A DNA stretch of 61,536 nucleotides, counting the filler, from Gonapodya sp. JEL0774 (Eukaryota), in NCBI GenBank assembly GCA_027604505.1. It is 13 parts of 13 records of this genome, joined end to end, with 100 filler letters (N's around TTAATTAATTAA, not from the genome) between each part and the next. Parts side by side here need not be neighbours in the genome. Positions count along the whole stretch, not along the records: positions 47,462 to 52,089 come from JADIIX010000897.1; positions 52,190 to 56,813 come from JADIIX010000898.1; positions 56,914 to 61,536 come from JADIIX010000899.1; 10 more parts are not named here. One strand, 5' to 3'. Position 1 is the stretch's first letter, and each line of letters starts with the position of its first letter. Below, one piece after another: positions 48,075-61,536 of the stretch. The notes under the pieces are model-generated. The model was given only the letters and a program-made list of their open reading frames with translations. It was not told where the DNA came from and did no database searches. The translations under genes were made by a program, and so were the position numbers.

Positions 48075-49644
48075 GTCGCAGAGTGGGGAGTGACGAGTGG
48101 GAAGTGAAGGGCCCACCCCAAGCGAGTGAACATAATAAATTCATGCGTACCTGCACACAGACCCGCTTTCAAACCTGCATTCAAGCAGCGCCGCGCGGAG
48201 GACGAGATGCGAGCTCGACCACTCTTCTTAAACTCTCTTTGCTCGGTTCTCTTTCGCTCCTGTGCTCGGTCGCCGGTGACGGTTGAAGAACCCATCGTCT
48301 GACGCGCCCTCCTCGCTTGGCCCTCACTGACGCATGTCATGGCGCGATATACTCAGTCAATGTTCATCGGCACGGTGTCGGTGGCCTATGTATCTCCTGT
48401 CTATCACTGTCCGTGTCTGGATTCCTAATCCGTTCATTCAACCGCAATGCAATTAACTGCCTTCTGACCATCACGGACTGACACGTTGTTTGGAAGGTAA
48501 CACGTGGCATCGAAGATGGATCCGAGGACTCGGCGCCTGCAAACACCGGCCCGCTGCATCTCGTTAGTACGTGTCATTACTTCTTCTCAATAAGGGACAA
48601 AGTGCGTAAAACCGCCAGCCTATTTGATATCTTTCACGGCGAGAAACTTTCTAAATTGGGACAAGACTCTGGTGCGATGGTTGTCCAGAAAACGAAGTTC
48701 GTGGTGGTGCGAAACGCGTTGGTGGAAAGTTACTCGCGAATCCAGTTGTTCAAGAATAGGCCCATTTGAGTGGACGCACTTTGCGCGAGCTATCGGGCAG
48801 CAAATAGTGGAAAGCATTCACCCAGTAAGTTCAGTCGCTTGATTATATTCTGCAATTCGTACGGGGCGAAACACATTGGAACACTGAACCGGCTCGCCTA
48901 ACGAACTGGATTCCTGTCAATGATCAAAAGTGAATCAGTCAATCAGGTTGCTCAACTTTGATCCTCTCCTCTTCAATTCGAACAAATGTTCGGGAGAACC
49001 ACCGACATCTAAGTCGTTAGAGCATGTGCGTACCTTTCTCGAGCGATTCATGGACCAATATCCGTAGAGGACATGCAATGATCAGGCGGGGGTTCGAACT
49101 GCCTTACTTTGTGTCGGTGAGGGTGTGCATTCCTGACGTCTCGGTGGACTCGGGTCCTGCACGCTGTCCTCGCAGCTTCCTTACGTGACTGCATTGCTCA
49201 TGTACGGAATACATAATCAGAAAAATATCAATGTCATGTCTGATGATTCTGCAGTGTGTTTCCTCGTCGGTACTTCATACTTCATGCTCGCTAGATATGT
49301 TATTCTGTTTCGGCCCTCCCGTAACGTTAGTCCATTGTATTATTTGTGCAATCCGAGAACGGTAAATAGATTTGTGGTACAGGAATGGAAGTGACTTCGG
49401 CTCCTTCGGCTCCGCTTCAACCCCAGGACGAATCCCTGCATAATCGCGCAATCCAAAACACTCGACCGCCAATCCACTTCCTTCAACGGTGTCGTTTGAC
49501 CTGGATCGTGAACGTCGCAACCTATAATCTTCGGAACAGCAAACCGAGAACGTCAACCCAAAAAGTTCTTTGAACGGTTCCACGTATCAAGAGTCCGCAC
49601 TCATCACAAGGAGGGAACTTCAGCCACACTCTTTCTGCGACGTA

Positions 49645-52089
49645 ATGAGTGACGCCACGAAGGTGAAATCTGAACAAAGCGATGCACGGAGACGTTATCA
49701 CACATCGTTGGTGAGCTTCAGGAGCACAGTTGGTTTGAGATCGACAACTCACCCTGGTGCCTCCCTTTTGCTTGATCGGTCTGGGACTCCTTGTTTTGAT
49801 TCATGCGTCTGTTCAGGCGTGCGATTTGTGCTCGCAGAAGAAGAAGCGATGCGATAATGCGGACCCTCGATGCGGAAGTTGCGAGTGAGTTGAGATTGGT
49901 TTCCACCATTTACACACGAACACTTTCTCCTCAACGCATCCGTTGTGCGATTTTCATGTTTATAGGCTGGCGAATCTGAGCTGCACCTACGATCGTCACC
50001 GCCGCAAGCGAGGCCCGCAACCAAAAAGGAGTTCCGCTCTCTGGATTACGGAGTTCCAAAGCAAGGCAGTGAAGAGCTTGCGGGTGCGACCCAATCAGAG
50101 TAGGATCTTGGCACTGGGACTGGACAGCGCGCAAGGAGCTGAGTTGCCGAAAGAGGCACAAGCACTGTCTGGTATCAGAATGTCCACAGGTGCTATTGAT
50201 GACATAGCAGGTTTTCAGACCAGTGGTGAACTGGAATCGGATTGGAGCTATGAGCAACCTATTGCAGACTCAGTACTGGATAGAGGCTCTCATGAACTTC
50301 CAAACTTAGATGTTACGTCCAACACCCTTGCAGACCTTCCTCCAGCAGATGTCATGGCCAAGCTCTTCACACTATATTTCAAGCATACACATGTGTGGCT
50401 TGGCTTTCTCCACAAACATACATGGCTCTCTTCTCTCTGCCTCACACCAAACTCAGTTCCAGATCTACTCCTCATCAATTGTGTTTTAGCTTGTGGTGCA
50501 ATGGATCTGCAAATTGCTGAAGGTGGTGGAACAAAATATATGTCTCATAAGTACTCATTATTGTGGTTCTGGAAGAAAGTCCAAGGGCTGTATGCACTGG
50601 CAATGGAGAGGCCACCAACAATGGAGGTTCTTGTTGCAATCTTGCATGTAGTGTTAATCACAAGTTGGATGCCTGAAACCGTGGGACACAGTGAGTTAAC
50701 AGGGTCAAACTAAGGATGTGAACAAAGGAGCTCATCTTTCACTTACATGTTTCCAGCGTTTGGTTATATTGTGCTTGCCATTCGTAAGTCCATGTTTTAT
50801 TCTTATGGTTTTTCATATTTCTTAGATGGCCCATTGTGATGCATTGTCTATACAGGAATCTGTGAGGAACTTGAGATCAATGTTGAGCCTCCCTTCAGAA
50901 AACATGCTCCAAGAAAAGTCCATTGGATCCAGCGTGAGATGGAACGACGCTGTTGGTGGTCTCTCTTTATATGTGGGTTGGATAGCATTCTCAATTAATT
51001 AATGAAAATTTCTTGACTAAGACTGAGTTTAGGTGAAAGATATGGCTCTGCTGCTGGGGAATGGAAATTCCTCATACATCCAGAGAACTCCCATATTCTT
51101 CAACTAGCACCTTCCAGTTTGTTTGCCAATGCAACTTTTGAGAGCATGCCTTTGCACAGTGAAAACACTGTTGAACCTCCTGCTTCTCCCATTCCCTGCA
51201 GACCAGATAACTTGGACCCATCTAGCATGGGTGCAATAGCATGGAATGTTATGTTTTGTGACTTATTTGGTCAGGCACAGGAACTTCAGCATAGTTGCAA
51301 AATTGCAGGCATTTCACTGTTTACTGAAATGCTACCAGTAGAATCCCCAGCACATCTAAAGTCTCAACAATCATTAAGAAGGATGGCAAGTTCATTATTT
51401 CATTCTCTCCTTTGCCTCTTTACTAAAAGAATACCACAATTTTTGGTACTTTTATAGATGCAAATTCAAGCAGATCTTGATGCTCTGTTTTCCATTTCCC
51501 CACACTCTGAATATGACTGGTCCTCTACCTCCCTTGAGCTTTCTCCAAACTGGGATCCTGAGATAGGCAATTACCAGACACTTGGTGCTTCATATACAGC
51601 CATGATGTATCATGGCACTATTCTTCTCCTTAACAGGCCTCCAGAACTTGCAAGCATGGCATCTGATAATGCTTGGATAGCATCACAGTCATTTACAAAG
51701 GCAGTAGAGCAAGCAAGAATAAGTGCTCAGATTATGGCAAATGTACTGAAGGTGCAACCTGATTTAAGGTGTGTTCATGGCTTTGGATCATTGAAATCAT
51801 ATTGAAAGCACATGTTGTGAATCCTTTCCTTCTTTAGGAGTTACAATAATTTCTTTGCATGCTACTGGTTCTTCCAAGCTGGTTTTACTCTAATAGTTGC
51901 CATCAGTCAGGCTTTTGTTTCATGGAATGGTTCTAGTACCTTTACCTCAGCAGGACCAGTTTCATCATCTCTAAGTGTGATTAATGATATGAGGTCAGGG
52001 GTCACCACACTAATGAATGCTCTCCGCATTCTTGGGAAAAGATGGCCAGCTTCACTGCTTGCATTTGATGTTTTATGGAATTTGCTTGA
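49645..52089 (+). CDS. Zn(II)2Cys6 fungal transcription factor with fungal-specific TF domain (3'-truncated, multi-exon)
   Basis: Spliced ACDLCSQKKKRCDNADPRCGSCELANLSCTY..RKRGP; LFTLYFKHTHVWLGFLHK; QREMERRCWWSL; YHGTILLLNRP. Confidence 0.93.
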
Positions 52090-52189
52090 NNNNNNNNNNN
52101 NNNNNNNNNNNNNNNNNNNNNNNNNNNNNNNNNTTAATTAATTAANNNNNNNNNNNNNNNNNNNNNNNNNNNNNNNNNNNNNNNNNNNN

Positions 52190-52916
52190 CTCCCAGGGAT
52201 CTTCCGAAGCACAATGTACTATCTGGCAATGATGTACTGGCGGGAGTTTTCATTCTACACGTTTCATAGGATTCTGCACTCCAAGTTCTTCTACGTTCAC
52301 TTCGTGGGTACCTGGAATCGCACAAGCGGCTGAATCTGTTGACGCGTCCAGACATTCACCGGCACGTCACTCACATGTCGCAGCACAAGCTTCACCATTC
52401 GTTCAAAGCTCCCATCGGGATCGCGACATTTTACAGTCACCCGGTCGAGCATTTTATAGACAACCGCATTCTCTTCCTCGGGGGGCATATTGTGTTGGGT
52501 GAACACATCTCTCTTCTGTGGGCTCTCAACGTCATGTCGATCTTCAACGGGATCGTGATACACTCCGGGTGAGTGTGACTCAGCATAACTTGTTTTATTC
52601 TCTGATTCAGGAACTCGGTAGTTGATCACCTCTCCTCAAATTAGGTACGATGTTCCGTTCATGGCACCCTCAGTGTTTCATGATCACCATCATGGAATGA
52701 ATGGTGGGTCCATGAGGCACACTCACGGTGATTCCCAGCGCACTGAAAACATGTTTCATCGGACTTCGCCCTTTAGTGAACGGCAACTACGGATCCACCG
52801 GCTTGCTGGACTCCTTACTGAAAACGGATGGCCAGTATACTCGATGGAAGCAGGCCTACCACTCATTACCTGCAGTAGGGTCTCCGAACCCGGTGGTTAA
52901 ACCAAAATCCGATTGA
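52190..52916 (+). CDS. Fatty acid hydroxylase / sterol desaturase superfamily protein (FAXDC2-like), 5'-truncated
   Basis: His boxes FYTFHR, HKLHHSFKAPIGIATFYSHPVEH, IHSG|YD.PF..FHDHHH and GNYG.TGLLD.L.KTD. Confidence 0.9.
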
Positions 52917-53097
52917 TCATACCGATCACCCCGTCGATCACATATAGTGATTCGAGCTTACTTCTTATCTATCGGAATTCGCATATGTTGATGTGCCTCT
53001 TGTCTTTGAAATGTACATTCGACTTGATTCGCAAATCCGCAATCTGGCCCTTGCACTGACCATAGCACAGAGCTCGACTGCTGAGACAATCACGAAA

Positions 53098-55421
53098 ATG
53101 TCCAATGACCCCGTCTCTCCACTCCGTTCCTCGGATCAAATGCACGTTGCTCGACCATCGCCGCTCGGAGCCCGTCATGTGCTACGCAATCTGGGAGCAT
53201 CGGGGGAAGACGTGGTGGATCTGCGAGATTACGTCGCCGAGCAGGAGAGACTCACGAGGGTATGCGCCTACATCCCGTTTTGGAACGCTGCGGACGAGTC
53301 AGATCCAAGTCGCCTTGCGCTGCTCATTAGGAAGCTGGAGAGGCCCTCCCACTCTCCTTTGATCAATGCTCATTCGGCCAAGGTTAGTTTCAGCTGCATT
53401 CTGATTCTCCAGGATCAGCTTTTGACGTGCATTTTTCTGTCGCTGTAGGCTATGTTAAGTGGGTTATCGCCAGTTCTTCGTCTTCATGTTAGGAATAATG
53501 GATGTATTCGTGTAGGCAAAACGTCTTCGCATGCCGAACTTGTTCCACAACGGATGAACCCGCTGGCATTTGCTATGCGTGCTCTATCGCTGTAAGCTCT
53601 CCTCTTGAGCAGTTCTTGCAGATCATTGTTTATGTAACTGTCGTGCATCCCCGTCGCTCCACAAGTGTCACGGCGAACACGAATTAATCGAACTATTTGC
53701 CAAGCGGGCTTTCCGCTGTGACTGTGGTGGTTGTAGGTTCTCGAGTGAGTAAATGGACACGGCTTTAGAATTCGTCTGTCAAACGCTGACCCGCAGTCCG
53801 TTGTGACAACCTGTCTTACTCTTTCTTCAAAGCGCCATGTACTCTTCCACCCAAAGAGCTCCGCCTTCCCAATGATGAAAACGTTTATGGTCATAACTTC
53901 TTGGGCAAGTGGTGCTTTTGCGACGGGGAATACAACGAAGAGGAGGACGTCATGGTCCAGTGTGTTGTGTGTGAGGGTGAGTTGAAGGTCGAGAGGATAT
54001 ACCTGCGCTCTCACTGTGCATCAGATTGGAGTACGTGTGGTCCAACTGTCCGGACACCTCCTTTGTGGTTGTGATCCACGAGGTGCTCTCCGATTGTCAG
54101 CTCCTTCCTAAAATATCCATACATTCACTGAAACCTCGATTTTGCCCATTAGATTGGTATCACGATAACTGCATCGGCGCTGTGAGTCTCCTTGTCGGAT
54201 CGCCGATCTGATCAGCTGAGAAACCACCGCATTCACATTCCACACGGATCCGACCAAGGTGGTTACAGAGGAAGATTACGACGACTTCATATGTCGCACT
54301 TGGTGAGATTGCTAGTCTTGGTGCATTTCTGGCACCCCGCCTGATTTTGTGCTTACTTCCACCTGCCCCAATTTTCCTGACATCGAACGGGATTACAAAC
54401 AGCGTGTCGCGACTTCCCTTTCTTACCTGCTACGCTCATCATCCTCATTTTACTTTTCTCGACCAAAGTCGATCACAAACGGGACAGGTTGCGGGGAACG
54501 TGGATCCTCCAAAATCAAGTGCATCGAACGCCGCGTTAGCAGCGATCACAGTCGAACACACGGCATCAGAAGTAAGCTCAAACGGATCCATGAAGCGATC
54601 GCGCGAAGAAAATGTCGTGGATGACGGACATCGCAGTAAGGGCCAATACGAGGACCTGGACGCTGCAGCTCAGACTTTGCAACACCTGTCAAAGCGTCCA
54701 CGTCTGGATGACTCGATTGGTGTGAAGGCTGAAACAGCAAATGCCGTTACCGTGATCTCTGACCCTGTGACTCCGATGGCATGCAAGATTGCCAACGTAT
54801 CTGGCCTTTCTGCCGGGACACTTGACCTATTCTGTGATGGTTGGTACAGTCAAGCTCTGACTTCGTCTCCATCGCATCTGTTTTGAATCGGATCTCCCAT
54901 GCTTGAAAAGGGGGCTGGCGAGAACAACTCTGTAAATGCACCTCGTGCACAGCCACATACAATGAGCTTGGTGTTCCTTGGATTGTGAGTGACGAGGAAC
55001 TTTGGCAGCCGGAGCCAGACGAAGATGCTAGTACGTTCAGAATCAACGTTATCGAAGAGGTTAAATGTGCCGATCTGGCCGATCTTGACTTAAATGTGCT
55101 TCCAATCGCATACATCCATAGCCAAAGATCTCGAAGCGCTAGCCCTCGATCACCTCTCGCGGCTGCCCCGTGACCGAGCGATCAATGTTGCTCGAGGGAT
55201 GCACCGCATGAAGGACGATCTGGTTCAGTTTTTGGGCGAGCTGGCTGGGAAAGGGAAGAGTGTTGTCAGCGTAGAGGATGTAAACGAATTCATCGAGGTA
55301 TGTCTTCGTCCGAAGCAGCCAAGCACATGAGCACGGACTGACATACGTTTGTTTGGTGTGGGTTCCACAGCAAAAAATGGCCAAATTTAGAGGGCGGCGC
55401 ACTGGTCCGGCGCATTTTTAG
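53098..55421 (+). CDS. UBR7: UBR-box/PHD E3 ligase UBR7 (Mlo2), multi-exon
   Basis: QNVFACRTC..AGICYACSIA|CHGEHELIELFAKRAFRCDCG; NVYGHNFLGKWCFC..MVQCVVCE|DWYH..C; WREQLCKC.SC; LPRDRAI..MKDDL..FL..VVSVEDVNEF. Confidence 0.93.
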
Positions 55422-56317
55422 GCTGGTGATGGTGAAGGCAGGAGCAGTTCAAATCGTTTGCATATGATTGTGGAACCTTACATTTAGTCAGTTTTACATG
55501 TGTTCGGTAGCTTCACCCAGGCAATTTATGGTTGGTCCACCAGATCAATTTATTCTAGAACTGCAGCAGGAACTTCATATTGTGGAGACACAACTCACTG
55601 CGTATGCATGGGGGCATCGGCTATTCCAAGTACACCTGCTTATATAATTAACAACACAGTCAACTCTCCATCCTCTTCAGTCCTTTGAATGCTTCGGTCC
55701 AACAGGGACGAGACGGCTCAAATAGTACAGATTGTGTCGGACATAGTTGTCATGCACTGATGGCTTCTAATTTGGGGTCAGTGCCTGTTGTGCCCGTCCT
55801 TTCGGAGAAGCAGCAGCCGACATTTACCTCAATATCATTGGTCATCACCAGTCCGTGCAAAGAACCAAGAAAATATCGTTTCAAGTGGTTATGGGCACGT
55901 CCGTCACTGAAGGGAACTAGACGGAATGACGGCGAGGCGACGCTTGTCGAGGGATGAGCAAACAATTTTTGATTGTACGAGTGTGATTTTGCGTTTTCGA
56001 AAAGTGAGCAATACGAATATTCACTGCCACGCACAAGTACGTAATATCTGCTCAACATCAAGAAATGTACAGTGAACAGGCCTGCTGCGTGCACCCTCTT
56101 TCTCACACATATTCTTCGAGTAGATGTGTGAGTACTCGCTCGAAGCATCAAGAAGAATGAAACTATATTCGGACTTCACACGCACTAGGTAGGTACTAAT
56201 ACAAACTGGCAATATCCTGCAAAGACCCTGCACCCGGATCATTGTCCAAATACACTGACTAACTGGCCCCAGAACTGTCGATTTCAATCGACTCGACAAC
56301 CATGCGGCTCCTATGGA

Positions 56318-56813
56318 TTAAATCGCCGGTCCCTTCTTCTTCTCAAACCTCTCCATGGTCTGAATGTCGGTGATCCAACTCACGGCTCCCCACAGGATTA
56401 AAATGACGGGAATAATGGCGATAATGCCGTGGAAGACACCGTTATTGGTGAACCAGTACTTTTGAAGGATGGGGCGCTTAGAGTAGGGGGTGGAAGCCCA
56501 GGGGCCGGTGAGATTTGCGAGGACTGGGGGGAGGGTGTTCGCTTGGCGGGCGTGGAGGTGGTGGGTGAGCTGCTAGTGGTGCAAGGAAGCACAGGTAGGT
56601 ACGAATGTCGTCAGAATGTGTTGTGCATGGCGATTGGAGCAGCAGGACCAAATTCCATTGGTGAAATAGGTATGTGAAATGAAGCAGTCAAGATGCGAAA
56701 AAGGCCGCTGTGTAAAACCGAGCACGAGAAACTAGTCATTGCATAACGTCCCACCTCCACCTTGCCAGTGTAAACCACCACATATCGTTCCGCAACGACG
56801 TCCACGATATCCT
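56318..56813 (-). CDS. Probable V-ATPase accessory subunit Ac45/Voa1-like, C-terminal fragment
   Basis: ILQKYWFTNNGVFHGIIAIIPVILILWGAVSWITDIQTMERFEKKKGPAI* fits the Ac45/VOA1 transmembrane-tail pattern. This frame is not in the supplied ORF track. Confidence 0.7.
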
Positions 56814-56913
56814 NNNNNNNNNNNNNNNNNNNNNNNNNNNNNNNNNNNNNNNNNNNNTTAATTAATTAANNNNNNNNNNNNNNNNNNNNNNNNNNNNNNN
56901 NNNNNNNNNNNNN

Positions 56914-58639
<1,726 letters not shown>

Positions 58640-58831
58640 GGCAGACTCCAAACAATAATTGCACTGCATTCAGTTATGTAAATAGAGGCAATTCTAGCGG
58701 TTGAATGCTTACTCATAGCGAAAGTTATTGTATTCGGGCCCTACGCACAGCGAAATCGAAATAATTTCTACTTATTGACGAGAAGGTCAATCGTTCTGTT
58801 TAGTCCTCGCCTCAACCTATTGAGATTCGCT

Positions 58832-61536
58832 TTATTTGGAGCTCGTCATCAATTGATCTAATGGCCAGACGCCTTGGTGTAGAACCTCTTTCATATGTCG
58901 TTTGTATGTGCTGATTAAGTAATTAATGTGATTGAACAAAATTGTTCGATTCATCGTGATACAACTGCTACGGCGCCGTTGACTGCTGACATGCGTTGGT
59001 CTCCCTCCTAGACTCGTGCTGTTCCGCCTTTCCTCATCGTGCTCCCAGAGTAACATTCCTTACTTATCGATCCATGCCTTTGTAGTGACGGACCGTAATT
59101 CGGAATTGAGCTGCTTGGGATCACCCAGTCCGCTTCACTGAATATTTCATGACGATTTCTCGTGACTCATCCCGTGCAATAGTCTTCCACCCCGCTCAGC
59201 TCCGGATCGCCGTCTTCATCATCACCAAGCAGCTCCAGCTCTTTGGTCAACTCCGCTTGATACTTTTGTAAATCTTCCGCCAAACGATGTACAATTGATT
59301 CGCATGCCCGCAAGTTCCTCAGCGGCGATTGCTCGACGATGATCCCTGCCTCGCGGAGTATCCGCGCACGGCTGGTCACGGTCTGGTCATTTTCAGAGCT
59401 TGCAGATGTGTTTGCCAGATCCGGGAATCGGCCATTGGCCACAGGAGGTGCCCGTGTGTTTGTGGCGGTAGAGTTGGAAGATGTGGTCGATAGCAATGCT
59501 CCGATGGAACGGCCCGTTCCGACGAACTTGCGCTTTATTAGAGATTCTTCCCATCGCAACCGTTTTAAAGCATCTGTGCCACTCCTGGACTCATCCGAAG
59601 GAGGACCTAGAGAAGCCTCTGATGTCGACGGTTTCTAGAAACCAGATCATCCACAAGTCAAACATCAAACAAATCACACGAGTAATTGTGCGCGACAAGA
59701 GTCTGCCTCACCGACGCAGCTTCCTCTTCACCTATTCCCGCAAGGTTCGGCCGACGATCTCTCGAAATTTCCGATCTGACACTGGGGCTGAGATTGTCGA
59801 GAGAGGACCCGTGTACCACATTTATGAAGGGAGGTGAATGAAAATTTCCGCCAGCAAGCTTCAAACACGTGTACGTACACTTCTTCATCCACGTGGTCAT
59901 CTCCTCGTTCATCAAACGCATCGCCGTCCTCATCCCGATCACGCTCGTGATGGTATCGTAGAGGGCCTTCCACAACATCCTCAGTGATTGAGTCCTCGTT
60001 CATCACGTCACCATGTTCCACGTTCTTGCGAAACGCTGGTGGGTTGAATTGAGGATCCGTGAGCTCGTCCGGACTCGGTGCCCTCGCATGTGCGTCACAC
60101 TGTCGGTTCCATCCTGTGTAACCGGTCGCGGCGTGGAGGCGAGACTTCTTCCCGTCTTTCCGCTTGTTTGAGAAGGTGAAGCAAGCGTCATAAGGTTCAA
60201 TTTCTTTCTTCCTGGCGCCGGTATTGGAAACCTGTTGCTACACTCACACCATGGCTTGCAGGGCTCAATTGTCTCTTTGAAGCCATCTTAAAGGGTTCAA
60301 CTTGATTCGCATTTACGTCAGCTTTTCCGGGACAAAGTTGACTCTGAGCGACTATTGTGTGAGGAGAGCTCGGGGTCCAATACCACTCACACGTACTGCC
60401 AAATGGAGAATCGTCCGCGAGCGCTCTTTGGATTCCTCTACTGAAACGGTGATGCTGATGTTTCGCTTCGGGTTTGTTGCTCGGCGTGCATAAAGTGGCT
60501 CCAGAGGGCCGAGAGCTCCACGGAAGCCCCGGTGACGGCATTGGCGGATCGGCTCCGGATAGTGGGTCCACGGCTTGAGAAAAACCTGGCATGGTATGAC
60601 GTAAAGGCAGTCGAAGTCAGGGTTTCGTTCTTATTTCCAATTAAAGGGGTCATTTTTTTGGTTCAGTACCTGCACCAGTTTGTGTCTGATCTGTTCGATG
60701 AGGAGAAGAAACTTCATCTGCATCTTCTTCGTCACTCTCATCCTGGAGTCGATGTCGAGGAGGAGGGCGACGATGTGAAGTGGCTGCAGCATTCTTGGGG
60801 GAGAGACGAGACCAGTCAAAGCCTTTTATAGTTGCGGATCGGAGCACTTTGTCTGAGCGGAACATGGCGAATTAGGGAGCATACGAAAGCATTCACCTAT
60901 CGGATTTGTGATATATTTCTTGGCCCTTTTTTTCAGGACTTTGACGAAGTCTTTCATGTACGAGGGAGTTGGGTCGGGCGGCTCAGAGGTCACCGAAGGA
61001 GGGAACGGTTTGGGTTCCTCGGTTGTGAAAACGCGATAGCTGTGGAAGAAAGGAGACCAGGAGACTATGGAGGAAGTTGTCGACAGTTGGATGCACGCTC
61101 CTGATCCTGTGGATTCTTCTGGAAACATCACTTCAACAGCAACGGCTTCGTGACTTTTCCCTTTTCAAGATCATTCCCCGCAGTTCCTTGACCGAAAATG
61201 CATCACGTCTACTGTGCAATTTACCAAAACTCACAGAAGCCCGTCCCAAAAGCTTCTAGCGATGTTGCATTTGGTACATTTGCCCGTGTTTTCGTGCATC
61301 AAGCAGGGCCAGGGAGCCTGCAGGTCGACTTCTGGGCTCCCATCATAGACATCGACGAGTACGACTGGGATCCAGGTGTCATGGCCAAGCGTGCTGTCCT
61401 TTGCCCAGACAACGTCGCCTTTTCGGAAGGAACGAGAGTTTATGTAGAAATACTGGGGCAGCGAGTCGTGGGCGTTCGACCGTTGCATGTTACGGGAGCG
61501 GGAGGAGGTTTTGGCAGGCGCCGTGGGGATCTGCGA
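58832..61536 (-). CDS. Multi-exon protein with PWWP/Tudor-like N-terminal region and acidic disordered tracts (probably 5'-truncated)
   Basis: FRKGDVVWAKD..WIPVVLV resembles a PWWP first strand; a chain of minus-strand exons has acidic stretches; probable stop at 58832. Exon structure not fully resolved. Confidence 0.5.

Noticed and set aside
49080..49110. tRNA or Pol III B-box (GGTTCGAAC)
   Set aside because: No proper T-stem, cloverleaf or upstream A-box could be built.
55500..56300. Possible small minus-strand spliced gene between UBR7 and the Voa1-like fragment
   Set aside because: Splice-like signals exist, but no coherent start-to-stop model or domain was found.

Overview
This window is not contiguous DNA. 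It is 13 short contigs (4657, 4656, 4654, 4650, 4649, 4646, 4644, 4636, 4635, 4634, 4628, 4624, 4623 bp, sorted by decreasing length) joined by an artificial 100-nt N44-TTAATTAATTAA-N44 spacer, so adjacency across spacers is meaningless. The source is an intron-rich fungus: it has LYS1, a Zn2Cys6 transcription factor and GT-AG introns. An early-diverging (chytrid/monoblepharid-like) lineage is my inference only. Most contigs carry ordinary spliced genes: LYS1, pantothenate kinase, VPS39, ACOT9-like thioesterase, ADA2, prefoldin 3, CSN3, UBR7, a DHX16/Prp2-type helicase, and F-box, RING and ankyrin proteins. The standout is contig 7 (28513-33156). It holds an intronless, 5'-truncated guanylyltransferase + cap N7-methyltransferase fusion of the giant-DNA-virus type with an unusual C-terminal extension, then a small spliced orphan gene, then an intact IS630-like transposase with atypical DD43E spacing. 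This is a candidate endogenous giant-virus fragment. Contig 10 is a nest of Ty1/copia remnants with two solo-LTR insertions, each flanked by a perfect 5-bp target-site duplication (TSD). Other oddities are a near CpG-free transcription-factor gene body, a Cys-nucleophile alpha/beta hydrolase, an F-box pseudogene with a Tc1-like TACATA footprint, and two secreted Cys-rich proteins. All family calls come from motif recognition by eye; no searches were run, and spliced gene boundaries are approximate.
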